Shown in pieces: positions 54,601-64,000 of a stretch of DNA of 64,000 nucleotides. The position numbers and the translations under genes were made by a program. The notes under the pieces were generated by a model. That model saw only the letters and a list, made by a program, of their open reading frames with translations. It searched no databases and was not told the origin of the DNA. The first letter of the stretch is position 1. The number at the start of each line of letters is the position of its first letter. Origin of the DNA: Podarcis liolepis (lineage: Eukaryota); the NCBI GenBank assembly GCA_965112155.1, contig OZ218098.1; one strand, 5' to 3'.

Positions 54601-57600
54601 ATTCTCGCAAAGGAGTCCAGTGTTGATATCGCAGATCATGTTCTGTCCAAGTTCAGATGCGCTGAGCTCTGGGTAGTCCACTCCTCTGCACTCCACCTTT
54701 TGAGGGTGCTCGCAGATGGTACCGCCCGATGCCTGGATGCTCTTAATGTCCTCGCGATCGCCATCCCCAGGGTCGGAGCTTGGAGTGTGAAAACTGAACC
54801 AAGAGGTCCACTGGCATTTGGGCTGGCAACCGGTAGTGGTGCTTCCTGCCGTAGTGGTAACAAGGGGAGCCAGGGTGGTTGTTGTGGTCAGCAGGCCTGG
54901 AGGGGTTTGTGCAGTGGTCCCGGTGGTGGGTATTGTTGAGGAAGGCTTGGAAACAGGAGTGGACTGGAGTGTTGTGGCTGTCACAGTGGGGACCACTCCA
55001 GTGGAGACAGCAGCAGTGCTGACTGAGCCTGGTGTTGTGAGAGGGAGGGTGGAAAGCGGCGTTGAGTGGGTGGTGGTGGTTGGCTTTCTTGTTGTAACTC
55101 CTGGAGTTGTCGGAACAAGGGTGGTGCTTTCGGTGGTGGTGAATACAACGGGAGGTGGCGTAGAGCCCGTGGAGGATGCTGGAGCCGTGCTCTTGCCTGC
55201 CGTGCTGCCTGGTGTTTCTGTGGTTGTTGGTTTTCCTGTGGTTACTCCTGGTGTTGTGGAAACAAGGGTGGTGCTTTCGGTGGTGGTATGGACAACAGGA
55301 GGTGGCGTAGAGCCCGTGGAGGATGCTGGAGCCGTGCTCTTGCCCACCGTGCTACCTGGGGCTTCTGTGGTGGCACTTGTTGTGACCAGTGGCGCTGGCG
55401 TGGTTTCACAGTGCTTGTAGTCGCAACACAGTGCTCTCATCTCATAGTCGTAACAGATCTTGTACTTCCCTGTCTGTTTGGCATTCTCGCAAAGGAGTCC
55501 AGTGTTGATATCGCAGATCATGTTCTGTCCAAGTTCAGATGCGCTGAGCTCTGGGTAGTCCACTCCTCTGCACTCCACCTTTTGAGGGTGCTCGCAGATG
55601 GTACCGCCCGATGCCTGGATGCTCTTAATGTCCTCGCGATCGCCATCCCCAGGGTCGGAGCTTGGAGTGTGAAAACTGAACCAAGAGGTCCACTGGCATT
55701 TGGGTTGGCAACCGGTAGTGGTGCTTCCTGCCGTAGTGGTAACAAGGGGAGCCAGGGTGGTTGTTGTGGTCAGCAGGCCTGGAGGGGTTTGTGCAGTGGT
55801 CCCGGTGGTGGGTATTGTTGAGGAAGGCTTGGAAACAGGAGTAGACTGGAGTGTTGTGGCTGTCACAGTGGGGACCACTCCAGTGGAGACGGCAGCAGTG
55901 CTTACTGAGCCTGGTGTTGTGAGAGGGAGGGTGGAAAGCGGCGTTGAGTGGGTGGTGGTGGTTGGCTTTCTTGTTGTAACTCCTGGAGTTGTCGGAACAA
56001 GGGTGGTGCTTTCGGTGGTGGTGAATACAACGGGAGGTGGCGTAGAGCCCGTGGAGGATGCTGGAGCCGTGCTCTTGCCTGCCGTGCTGCCTGGTGTTTC
56101 TGTGGTTGTTGGCTTTCCTGTGGTTACTCCTGGTGTTGTGGAAACAAGGGTGGTGCTTTCGGTGGTGGTATGGACAACAGGAGGTGGCGTAGAGCCCGTG
56201 GAGGATGCTGGAGCCGTGCTCTTGCCCACCGTGCTACCTGGGGCTTCTGTGGTGGTGGCACTTGTTGTGACCAGTGGCGCTGGCGTGGTTTCACAGTGCT
56301 TGTAGTCGCAACACAGTGCTCTCATCTCATAGTCGTAACAGATCTTGTACTTCCCTGTCTGTTTGGCATTCTCGCAAAGGAGTCCAGTGTTGATATCGCA
56401 GATCATGTTCTGTCCAAGTTCAGATGCGCTGAGCTCTGGGTAGTCCACTCCTCTGCACTCCACCTTTTGAGGGTGCTCGCAGATGGTACCGCCCGATGCC
56501 TGGATGCTCTTAATGTCCTCGCGATCGCCATCCCCAGGGTCGGAGCTTGGAGTGTGAAAACTGAACCAAGAGGTCCACTGGCATTTGGGTTGGCAACCGG
56601 TAGTGGTGCTTCCTGCCGTAGTGGTAACAAGGGGAGCCAGGGTGGTTGTTGTGGTCAGCAGGCCTGGAGGGGTTTGTGCAGTGGTCCCGGTGGTGGGTAT
56701 TGTTGAGGAAGGCTTGGAAACAGGAGTGGACTGGAGTGTTGTGGCTGTCACAGTGGGGACCACTCCAGTGGAGACAGCAGCAGTGCTGACTGAGCCTGGT
56801 GTTGTGAGAGGGAGGGTGGAAAGCGGCGTTGAGTGGGTGGTGGTGGTTGGCTTTCTTGTTGTAACTCCTGGAGTTGTCGGAACAAGAGTGGTGCTTTCGG
56901 TGGTGGTGAATACAGCAGGAGGTGGAGTAGAGCCCGTGGAGGCTGCTGGAGCCGTGCTCTTGCCTGCCGTGCTGCCTGGTGTTTCTGTGGTTGTTGGCTT
57001 TCCTGTGGTTACTCCTGGTGTTGTGGAAACAAGGGTGGTGCTTTCGGTGGTGGTATGGACAACAGGAGGTGGCGTAGAGCCCGTGGAGGATGCTGGAGCC
57101 GTGCTCTTGCCCACCGTGCTACCTGGGGCTTCTGTGGTGGTGGCACTTGTTGTGACCAGTGGCGCTGGCGTGGTTTCACAGTGCTTGTAGTCGCAACACA
57201 GTGCTCTCATCTCATAGTCGTAACACATCTTGTACTTCCCTCTCTGTTTGGCATTCTCACAAAGGAGTCCAGTGTTGATATTGCAGATCATGTTCTGTCC
57301 AAGTTCAGATGCGCTGAGCTCTGGGTAGTCCACTCCTCTGCACTCCACCTTTTGAGGGTGCTCGCAGATGGTACCGCCCGATGCCTGGATGCTCTTAATG
57401 TCCTCGCGATCACCATCGTCAGGGTCAGAGCTTGGAGTGTGAAAACTGAACCAAGAGGTCCACTGGCATTTGGGTTGGCAACCGGTAGTGGTGCTTCCTG
57501 CCGTAGTGGTAACAAGGGGAGCCAGGGTGGTTGTTGTGGTCAGCAGGCCTGGAGGGGTTTGTGCAGTGGTCCCGGTGGTGGGTATTGTTGAGGAAGGCTT

Positions 57601-60600
57601 GGAAACAGGAGTGGACTGGAGTGTTGTGGCTGTCACAGTGGGGACCACTCCAGTGGAGACAGCAGCAGTGCTGACTGAGCCTGGTGTTGTGAGAGGGAGG
57701 GTGGAAAGCGGCGTTGAGTGGGTGGTGGTGGTTGGCTTTCTTGTTGTAACTCCTGGAGTTGTCGGAACAAGGGTGGTGCTCTCGGTGGTGGTGAATACAA
57801 CAGGAGGTGGCGTAGAGCCCGTGGAGGATGCTGGAGCCGTGCTCTTGCCTGCCGTGCTGCCTGGTGTTTCTGTGGTTGTTGGCTTTCCTGTGGTTACTCC
57901 TGGTGTTGTGGAAACAAGGGTGGTGCTTTCGGTGGTGGTATGGACAACAGGAGGTGGCGTAGAGCCCGTGGAGGATGCTGGAGCCGTGCTCTTGCCTGCC
58001 GTGCTACCTGGGGCTTCTGTGGTGGTGGCACTTGTTGTGACCAGTGGCGCTGGCGTGGTTTCACAGTGCTTGTAGTCGCAACACAGTGCTCTCATCTCAT
58101 AGTCGTAACAGATCTTGTACTTCCCTGTCTGTTTGGCATTCTCGCAAAGGAGTCCAGTGTTGATATCGCAGATCATGTTCTGTCCAAGTTCAGATGCGCT
58201 GAGCTCTGGGTAGTCCACTCCTCTGCACTCTACCTTTTGAGGGTGCTCGCAGATGGTACCGCCCGATGCCTGGATGCTCTTAATGTCCTCGCGATCGCCA
58301 TCCCCAGGGTCGGAGCTTGGAGTGTGAAAACTGAACCAAGAGGTCCACTGGCATTTGGGTTGGCAACCGGTAGTGGTGCTTCCTGCCGTAGTGGTAACAA
58401 GGGGAGCCAGGGTGGTTGTTGTGGTCAGCAGGCCTGGAGGGGTTTGTGCAGTGGTCCCGGTGGTGGGTATTGTTGAGGAAGGCTTGGAAACAGGAGTGGA
58501 CTGGAGTGTTGTGGCTGTCACAGTGGGGACCACTCCAGTGGAGACAGCAGCAGTGCTGACTGAGCCTGGTGTTGTGAGAGGGAGGGTGGAAAGCGGCGTT
58601 GAGTGGGTGGTGGTGGTTGGCTTTCTTGTTGTAACTCCTGGAGTTGTCGGAACAAGGGTGGTGCTTTCGGTGGTGGTGAATACAACAGGAGGTGGCGTAG
58701 AGCCTGTGGAGGATGCTGGAGCCGTGCTCTTGCCTGCCGTGCTGCCTGGTGTTTCTGTGGTTGTTGGCTTTCCGGTGGTTACTCCTGGTGTTGTGGAAAC
58801 AAGGGTGGTGCTTTCGGTGGTGGTATGGACAACAGGAGGTGGCGTAGAGCCCGTGGAGGATGCTGGAGCCGTGCTCTTGCCTGCCGTGCTACCTGGGGCT
58901 TCTGTGGTGGTGGCACTTGTTGTGACCAGTGGCGCTGGCGTGGTTTCACAGTGCTTGTAGTCACAACACAGTGCTCTCATCTCATAGTCGTAACAGATCT
59001 TGTACTTCCCTGTCTGTTTGGCATTCTCGCAAAGGAGTCCAGTGTTGATATCGCAGATCATGTTCTGTCCAAGTTCAGATGCGCTGAGCTCTGGGTAGTC
59101 CACTCCTCTGCACTCCACCTTTTGAGGGTGCTCGCAGATGGTACCGCCCGATGCCTGGATGCTCTTAATGTCCTCGCGATCGCCATCCCCAGGGTCGGAG
59201 CTTGGAGTGTGAAAACTGAACCAAGAGGTCCACTGGCATTTGGGTTGGCAACCGGTAGTGGTGCTTCCTGCCGTAGTGGTAACAAGGGGAGCCAGGGTGG
59301 TTGTTGTGGTCAGCAGGCCTGGAGGGGTTTGTGCAGTGGTCCCGGTGGTGGGTATTGTTGAGGAAGGCTTGGAAACAGGAGTGGACTGGAGTGTTGTGGC
59401 TGTCACAGTGGGGACCACTCCAGTGGAGACAGCAGCAGTGCTGACTGAGCCTGGTGTTGTGAGAGGGAGGGTGGAAAGCGGCGTTGAGTGGGTGGTGGTG
59501 GTTGGCTTTCTTGTTGTAACTCCTGGAGTTGTCGGAACAAGGGTGGTGCTTTCGGTGGTGGTGAATACAACAGGAGGTGGCGTAGAGCCTGTGGAGGATG
59601 CTGGAGCCGTGCTCTTGCCTGCCGTGCTGCCTGGTGTTTCTGTGGTTGTTGGCTTTCCTGTGGTTACTCCTGGTGTTGTGGAAACAAGGGTGGTGCTTTC
59701 GGTGGTGGTATGGACAACAGGAGGTGGCGTAGAGCCCGTGAAGGATGCTGGAGCCGTGCTCTTGCCTGCCGTGCTACCTGGGGCTTCTGTGGTGGTGGCA
59801 CTTGTTGTGACCAGTGGCGCTGGCGTGGTTTCACAGTGCTTGTAGTCGCAACACAGTGCTCTCATCTCATAGTCGTAACAGATCTTGTACTTCCCTGTCT
59901 GTTTGGCATTCTCGCAAAGGAGTCCAGTGTTGATATCGCAGATCATGTTCTGTCCAAGTTCAGATGCGCTGAGCTCTGGGTAGTCCACTCCTCTGCACTC
60001 CACCTTTTGAGGGTGCTCGCAGATGGTACCGCCCGATGCCTGGATGCTCTTAATGTCCTCGCGATCGCCATCCCCAGGGTCGGAGCTTGGAGTGTGAAAA
60101 CTGAACCAAGAGGTCCACTGGCATTTGGGTTGGCAACCGGTAGTGGTGCTTCCTGCCGTAGTGGTAACAAGGGGAGCCAGGGTGGTTGTTGTGGTCAGCA
60201 GGCCTGGAGGGGTTTGTGCAGTGGTCCCGGTGGTGGGTATTGTTGAGGAAGGCTTGGAAACAGGAGTGGACTGGAGTGTTGTGGCTGTCACAGTGGGGAC
60301 CACTCCAGTGGAGACAGCAGCAGTGCTGACTGAGCCTGGTGTTGTGAGAGGTAGGGTGGAAAGCGGCGTTGAGTGGGTGGTGGTGGTTGGCTTTCTTGTT
60401 GTAACTCCTGGAGTTGTCGGAACAAGGGTGGTGCTTTCGGTGGTGGTGAATACAACAGGAGGTGGCGTAGAGCCCGTGGAGGATGCTGGAGCCGTGCTCT
60501 TGCCTGCCGTGCTGCCTGGTGTTTCTGTGGTTGTTGGCTTTCCGGTGGTTACTCCTGGTGTTGTGGAAACAAGGGTGGTGCTTTCGGTGGTGGTATGGAC

Positions 60601-63477
60601 AACAGGAGGTGGCGTAGAGCCCGTGGAGGATGCTGGAGCCGTGCTCTTGCCCACCGTGCTACCTGGGGCTTCTGTGGTGGTGGCACTTGTTGTGACCAGT
60701 GGCGCTGGCGTGGTTTCACAGTGCTTGTAGTCGCAACACAGTGCTCTCATCTCATAGTCGTAACAGATCTTGTACTTCCCTGTCTGTTTGGCATTCTCGC
60801 AAAGGAGTCCAGTGTTGATATCGCAGATCATGTTCTGTCCAAGTTCAGATGCGCTGAGCTCTGGGTAGTCCACTCCTCTGCACTCCACCTTTTGAGGGTG
60901 CTCGCAGATGGTACCGCCCGATGCCTGGATGCTCTTAATGTCCTCGCGATCGCCATCCCCAGGGTCGGAGCTTGGAGTGTGAAAACTGAACCAAGAGGTC
61001 CACTGGCATTTGGGTTGGCAACCGGTAGTGGTGCTTCCTGCCGTAGTGGTAACAAGGGGAGCCAGGGTGGTTGTTGTGGTCAGCAGGCCTGGAGGGGTTT
61101 GTGCAGTGGTCCCGGTGGTGGGTATTGTTGAGGAAGGCTTGGAAACAGGAGTGGACTGGAGTGTTGTGGCTGTCACAGTGGGGACCACTCCAGTGGAGAC
61201 AGCAGCAGTGCTGACTGAGCCTGGTGTTGTGAGAGGTAGGGTGGAAAGCGGCGTTGAGTGGGTGGTGGTGGTTGGCTTTCTTGTTGTAACTCCTGGAGTT
61301 GTCGGAACAAGGGTGGTGCTTTCGGTGGTGGTGAATACAACAGGAGGTGGCGTAGAGCCCGTGGAGGATGCTGGAGCCGTGCTCTTGCCTGCCGTGCTGC
61401 CTGGTGTTTCTGTGGTTGTTGGTTTTCCTGTGGTTACTCCTGGTGTTGTGGAAACAAGGGTGGTGCTTTCGGTGGTGGTATGGACAACAGGAGGTGGCGT
61501 AGAGCCCGTGGAGGATGCTGGAGCCGTGCTCTTGCCCACCGTGCTACCTGGGGCTTCTGTGGTGGTGGCACTTGTTGTGACCAGTGGCGCTGGCGTGGTT
61601 TCACAGTGCTTGTAGTCGCAACACAGTGCTCTCATCTCATAGTCGTAACAGATCTTGTACTTCCCTGTCTGTTTGGCATTCTCGCAAAGGAGTCCAGTGT
61701 TGATATCGCAGATCATGTTCTGTCCAAGTTCAGATGCGCTGAGCTCTGGGTAGTCCACTCCTCTGCACTCTACCTTTTGAGGGTGCTCGCAGATGGTACC
61801 GCCCGATGCCTGGATGCTCTTAATGTCCTCGCGATCGCCATCCCCAGGGTCGGAGCTTGGAGTGTGAAAACTGAACCAAGAGGTCCACTGGCATTTGGGT
61901 TGGCAACCGGTAGTGGTGCTTCCTGCCGTAGTGGTAACAAGGGGAGCCAGGGTGGTTGTTATGCCACCTGTCACTTTAGATGTAGTTCTGGATCCTGCTG
62001 TTGTTATTTCTGGTGTTCCTGGAGTTGTTGATGCACCACATGGTGTGTATAGGCAGCATAGGAACCTGATTTCAAAATTCAGGCAGATTGGTGGTGTCTG
62101 ATCCTTATTGTTGCATATCAAACCGTTAGACTTGGAACATTGTACCTTTTGTCCGAGGGTTTCTATGCTTTCATTAGGAAAGCGTTGAGCTCTGCATTCC
62201 ACTTCATCTGGCATTTTACATACTTTGTTTCCTCTATCTCTTATTTTCTCTGGTGTTTCATAATCCCCATTGTCTCGTCCAAATTTAGGGTAGCTGACAT
62301 CATACCATTCTGTCCATTCACATGTTCTATGGACACATACTGTTGTTTGCGCTGTAGTGGATTCTGTAAGAAACAACATCACTGGTTATTTTAATCCGGT
62401 TTATTTAGATCATAAATCTCCCTATCTGTTATCTGCCTCCTCTCTCCTTCTCCCATGTAACCTCTCTCCCATGTTTTTTCTGTAGATGAGGCAGGGATTG
62501 GGGGGCGGGGGGAACCAGAAGAGCACATTGGTGGAAGTGGATCATTCCATCTGGGGAGCTGCCATGCTTGAGCTGATTGAACCTTCAACTTAACTTTATG
62601 TTGATTTCCATCTTGTATATTTTTATTTTAAAATAATATATGCAACATGTAAAAAAAAATGTGAATATGATGTATTTGTGGATGTTTTCCTATGTTATAG
62701 AAGATTTGTAAAGTTTTTCATTATCTCTTCATTTTCTTACATACTTTGTTTATAAATGCTTGCTTTTGATCATGTCGCATTTACATCTAGTTTGGTTGAG
62801 ATAATTGGTAAAAAATTATGTTATGGAGCTGGCTCAAATACCTAAGTAGCACTAAGGAGATTGCTCCATTAGTACAAGCCCTGTTGCACTAGTGGGACTC
62901 ATTTGTGCTGGCTCTATTAACAGAAGTATTTAGTTGAATTTGTCCCTTTGTGTGGTGTTGTATGGCACCTCTGATTTTAACAGCTGACCCAAGATGTGGT
63001 GCTATTTGTGCTACTACTGCAGTGGTAGGAGCTGCTTCTCTGCTCTTTGGTGTGGTGCAGTGCATGTCTACTCAGAAGTATTATTCACTGTGTTCAGTGG
63101 AACTTCTCTCAGCGAAGTTTGGAAAGAGTTGAAGCAAAACATTTGGACTGAAATACCTGCTTCACTTGGTGTTGTAGTTGAAACTGTAGGTGGTATTGTG
63201 GTAGTCCCACCACATCTGAATAGTTCTCTGTGGATTGTTCCATTGACATCACACGTTGCAATCATGCACCAGCCCAAGCCATCTGTGGTGTTGTAGATGA
63301 CATCCTTGTAGATATATGTCTTTCCTTCATAATAGCAGTAGCATGCTGAAAATTGACAGAGTAAGAATGGTCAGGTAACATCATATGAAATATGATATAA
63401 GGTGCCATTCATAACTCACTACATACAGCTTACCTTTGGCATCGTAGTTACACTCTATGCCTTTACTGGTGCATGTA
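32242..63477 (-). CDS. MUC5B: Gel-forming mucin MUC5B(-like): 22 exons from the region just before the central exon to the stop; the 5' part lies beyond the window
   Basis: Domain order CysD/PTS central exon, VWD4, C8, TIL, VWC, cystine knot; all junctions GT-AG and in phase. PCFCR...FSPGEVIYNRTD..GCSFYAVCN and the absence of GDPH resemble MUC5B more than MUC5AC or MUC2. Convergent neighbour of TOLLIP as in human. Confidence 0.85.
33901..34012 (-). CDS. MUC5B: Mucin exon (N-terminal half of cystine knot)
   Basis: NDCKVHKNQTLIRQSECISSEVVELTYCEGACPSSS; AG/GT boundaries; CEGAC motif. Confidence 0.93.
34245..34358 (+). mobile_element. Old CR1-like 3'-end remnant
   Basis: GGACTAGATAGGCC...TGATCCAACAG...CTTATGTTCTTATG tail. 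Confidence 0.5.
34583..34634 (-). CDS. MUC5B: Mucin exon (52 bp)
   Basis: HELELTPDGCCETCKPK. Confidence 0.9.
34958..35086 (-). CDS. MUC5B: Mucin exon (129 bp)
   Basis: AGDIWPPGGNNCSYYECEQMNDTFILVQSKRKCPIIHPEECES. Confidence 0.9.
36284..36379 (-). CDS. MUC5B: Mucin exon (96 bp, VWC)
   Basis: GYEYQVEAGECCGKCVQNACIINMNETTEILQ. Confidence 0.92.
36585..36707 (-). CDS. MUC5B: Mucin exon (123 bp, VWC)
   Basis: AEMPVPSKPCETCVCSSEKDPDSNTNLVKCQPVTCDKDCQE. Confidence 0.92.
39090..39133 (-). CDS. MUC5B: Mucin exon (44 bp)
   Basis: PIPDVCLVNGTVYR; phases fit both neighbours. Confidence 0.88.
39564..39599. repeat. (CA)n microsatellite, one interruption
   Basis: Read directly from the sequence. Confidence 0.9.
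40117..40221 (-). CDS. MUC5B: Mucin exon (105 bp)
   Basis: CNTTTCSNEKKPCELGYEATPVLLEGDCCVSFPC. Confidence 0.92.
40386..40620 (-). mobile_element. Young CR1 LINE 3'-end fragment
   Basis: ORF 40461-40682 has [42 protein letters not shown]; microsatellite tail; near-identical to 22063-22297. Confidence 0.92.
41573..41750 (-). CDS. MUC5B: Mucin exon (178 bp, VWC)
   Basis: PGSSWKSNCQECICDPLTESVQCKPQTCVSSEPPKCEKEGFVPVPVLTPKDPCCPELQC. Confidence 0.93.
42642..42685. repeat. (AC)n microsatellite
   Basis: Read directly from the sequence. Confidence 0.95.
43005..43036 (-). CDS. MUC5B: Mucin micro-exon (32 bp)
   Basis: (G)CVGPDGLPKP; cag|...|gtgag. Confidence 0.9.
43990..44090 (-). CDS. MUC5B: Mucin exon (101 bp, TIL)
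   Basis: PTKDTSEHVAEGCFCPEDKILFNTYTDICVKTC. Confidence 0.92.
44249..44594. mobile_element. Tc1/mariner (Tigger-like) MITE
   Basis: 22-bp TIR CAGTGGTGCC(C/T)CGCAAGACGAA, TA TSDs; internal GCAAGACGAA and CCGCTAA repeats. Confidence 0.9.
44967..45195. mobile_element. Tc1/mariner (Tigger-like) MITE
   Basis: TA|CAGTGGTACTTTGGGTTA ... TAACCCGAGGTACCACTG|TA; internal TTCAGGTTA repeats. Confidence 0.88.
46097..46166 (-). CDS. MUC5B: Mucin exon (70 bp, TIL)
   Basis: YHCPKDKVYNACGPIHPVTCDD. Confidence 0.92.
46892..47070 (-). CDS. MUC5B: Mucin exon (179 bp, C8)
   Basis: VFEECHKVLPPRIYYEDCLLEACQSSNDSVPCYNLEIYASLCIAKGVCTDWRNMTLGKC. Confidence 0.92.
47789..48020 (-). CDS. MUC5B: Mucin exon (232 bp)
   Basis: VCSNDKTDDCRLPNGHEASSCSEMASYW...PSPLCELIVS. 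Confidence 0.93.
48206..48340. mobile_element. Palindromic hAT MITE (same family as 14901-15034)
   Basis: CAGGCTTCCTCAACCTC...GAGGTTGAGGAAGCCTG; perfect TSD GTCAAACC (48198-48205 and 48341-48348). Confidence 0.9.
48629..48812 (-). CDS. MUC5B: Mucin exon (184 bp, VWD4)
   Basis: IFFNHEPVNGDFTKYGISV...LPFDLFQHNTEGQC. Confidence 0.94.
49349..49596 (-). CDS. MUC5B: Mucin exon (248 bp, start of VWD4)
   Basis: [31 protein letters not shown]...HEGVRINK. Confidence 0.94.
50161..50329 (-). CDS. MUC5B: Mucin exon (169 bp)
   Basis: TNETWMFNNCTVATCEGNNKIVLKPQPPVEKTVCVSGLPPIKIVDKDGCVERYECE. Confidence 0.93.
50457..50650 (+). mobile_element. Degenerate tRNA-derived SINE (Squam3-like)
   Basis: tRNA-like head CTCAATGGTAGAGCACATG..GCATGCAAAAGGTCCCATGTTTAATCC; 3' end GTATAAGCCAGCTTGCTATGTT. 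Confidence 0.65.
51189..51454 (-). CDS. MUC5B: Mucin exon (266 bp)
   Basis: EVIYNRTDSSGCSFYAVCNRSCEIEVFQGPCP...TGCPDIDPPRK. Confidence 0.93.
52302..52415 (-). CDS. MUC5B: Mucin exon (114 bp; CAGCAG tandem acceptor)
   Basis: ATSTSIPSTTGTTTVTLSRTTPCFCRVPGFSKGLFSP; phase 1/1. Confidence 0.88.
53106..62363 (-). CDS. MUC5B: Mucin central exon (9,258 bp, about 3,086 codons): 11 CysD domains interspersed with PTS segments
   Basis: Open in ORF 53071-62382; acceptor ttacag|AATCC, donor ACAG|gtaat. Each CysD has the WxxW motif and conserved cysteines. Confidence 0.96.
53965..61960 (-). repeat. MUC5B: Coding tandem super-repeat: about 9 x 885 bp (295 aa = CysD + PTS); one unit is 882 bp
   Basis: Equivalent positions recur at 54818, 55700, 56585, 57470, 58355, 59240, 60125, 61010 and 61895. 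Each unit contains an internal 147-bp (49-aa) duplication. Confidence 0.97.
63157..63345 (-). CDS. MUC5B: Mucin exon (189 bp) preceding the central exon
   Basis: CYCYYEGKTYIYKDVIYNTTDGLGWCMIATCDVNGTIHRELFRCGGTTT... Confidence 0.93.
63434..63477 (-). CDS. MUC5B: Mucin exon (44 bp)
   Basis: TCTSKGIECNYDAK; cag|...|gtaag. Confidence 0.9.
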
Positions 63478-63870
63478 CTGTAAAAAAATGATAGGAAAAT
63501 GTGAGTCCCAGGAATCATAAAACTGCATTCTGCTGTTTATTTTCTACTTAGTTTGGTCTGGAAGTTAATTTCACAGTTTTCCCCCTGCCCCCTTAAGCAT
63601 TCATTTACCGTACTACTTCTTGTCTGTGATTTCATCTACCACTTTCACACTGAATTGCAAATAGGAACATTCTAATAATTTTCTTGTTCTGGTTTTTGGG
63701 ATTTATTGTGTATGTAAAATCCAATTTAAAATATTACTTCAATCAATTAGATTCTCAGCACACTTCATTCTAATCGTATATTATGAGTATATGATAAAGG
63801 ATGCAATCAGAGCAACAAGATTCATTCTAGAATCAACAAGAATAACATCTCAAGGGGTATACAGAGAGTA

Positions 63871-64000
63871 CAGTAGTACCTCCGGTTGCGAACGGGATCC
63901 ATTCTGGAGGTCCAGCCGGATCCCAAGGTTTTCGCTACCCGATGAAAAGGTTTGTCACTTTCACAACCTGAAGTTTACGTTACCGAGAGTAACGTAACTG
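63871..64000. mobile_element. Tc1/mariner MITE related to 9588-9839, reaching the window edge
   Basis: TA|CAGTAGTACCTCCGGTTGCGAACGGGATCC matches CAGTGGTATCTCTGGTTGCGAACAGGATCT at 9588. Confidence 0.7.

Noticed and set aside
53965-61960. Regular repeat array considered as CRISPR-like or satellite DNA
   Set aside because: There are no unique spacers; it is an in-frame coding repeat in a eukaryotic exon.
53132-62101. Many long + strand ORFs (about 200-257 aa, Val/Gly- or Gly/Cys/Trp-rich) over the mucin exon
   Set aside because: These are antisense shadows of Thr/Pro/Ser codons repeated with the 885-bp period. They have no independent gene signals.
62975-63070. Possible extra Thr/Ala-rich mucin exon on the minus strand
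   Set aside because: Weak splice signals, and the flanking exons already join in frame without it.

Overview
Vertebrate (squamate, probably lacertid lizard, judged from Sauria SINE, Bov-B, Squam3-like and CR1 repeats) genomic DNA carrying two convergent genes. On the + strand are coding exons 2-6 of TOLLIP (7532-22553; exon 1 appears to lie upstream of the window) with a 3' UTR running to about 25.7 kb. On the - strand is the 3' part of a gel-forming mucin, best called MUC5B: 22 exons reconstructed by hand with GT-AG boundaries and consistent phases (63477-32242). These include a 9,258-bp central exon with 11 CysD domains, nine of them in a nearly homogeneous 885-bp (295-aa) CysD+PTS super-repeat, followed by VWD4-C8-TIL-VWC-cystine-knot exons. 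This tail-to-tail TOLLIP/MUC5B arrangement is the same as at human 11p15.5. Introns and the roughly 6-kb intergenic gap contain L2, CR1, Bov-B and Penelope-like fragments, SINEs, and many hAT and Tc1/mariner-type MITEs with clear target-site duplications. Most notable: a minimal type-I hammerhead ribozyme motif in a Penelope-like insertion about 0.4 kb past the likely TOLLIP poly(A) signal; the mosaic, CpG-rich mucin super-repeat; loss of the GDPH site in VWD4; a near-identical inverted CR1 pair in phase-compatible introns of the two genes; and a duplicated TOLLIP exon-3 acceptor. I found no evidence for a wholly new biological system. The findings are lineage-specific variations on known themes.
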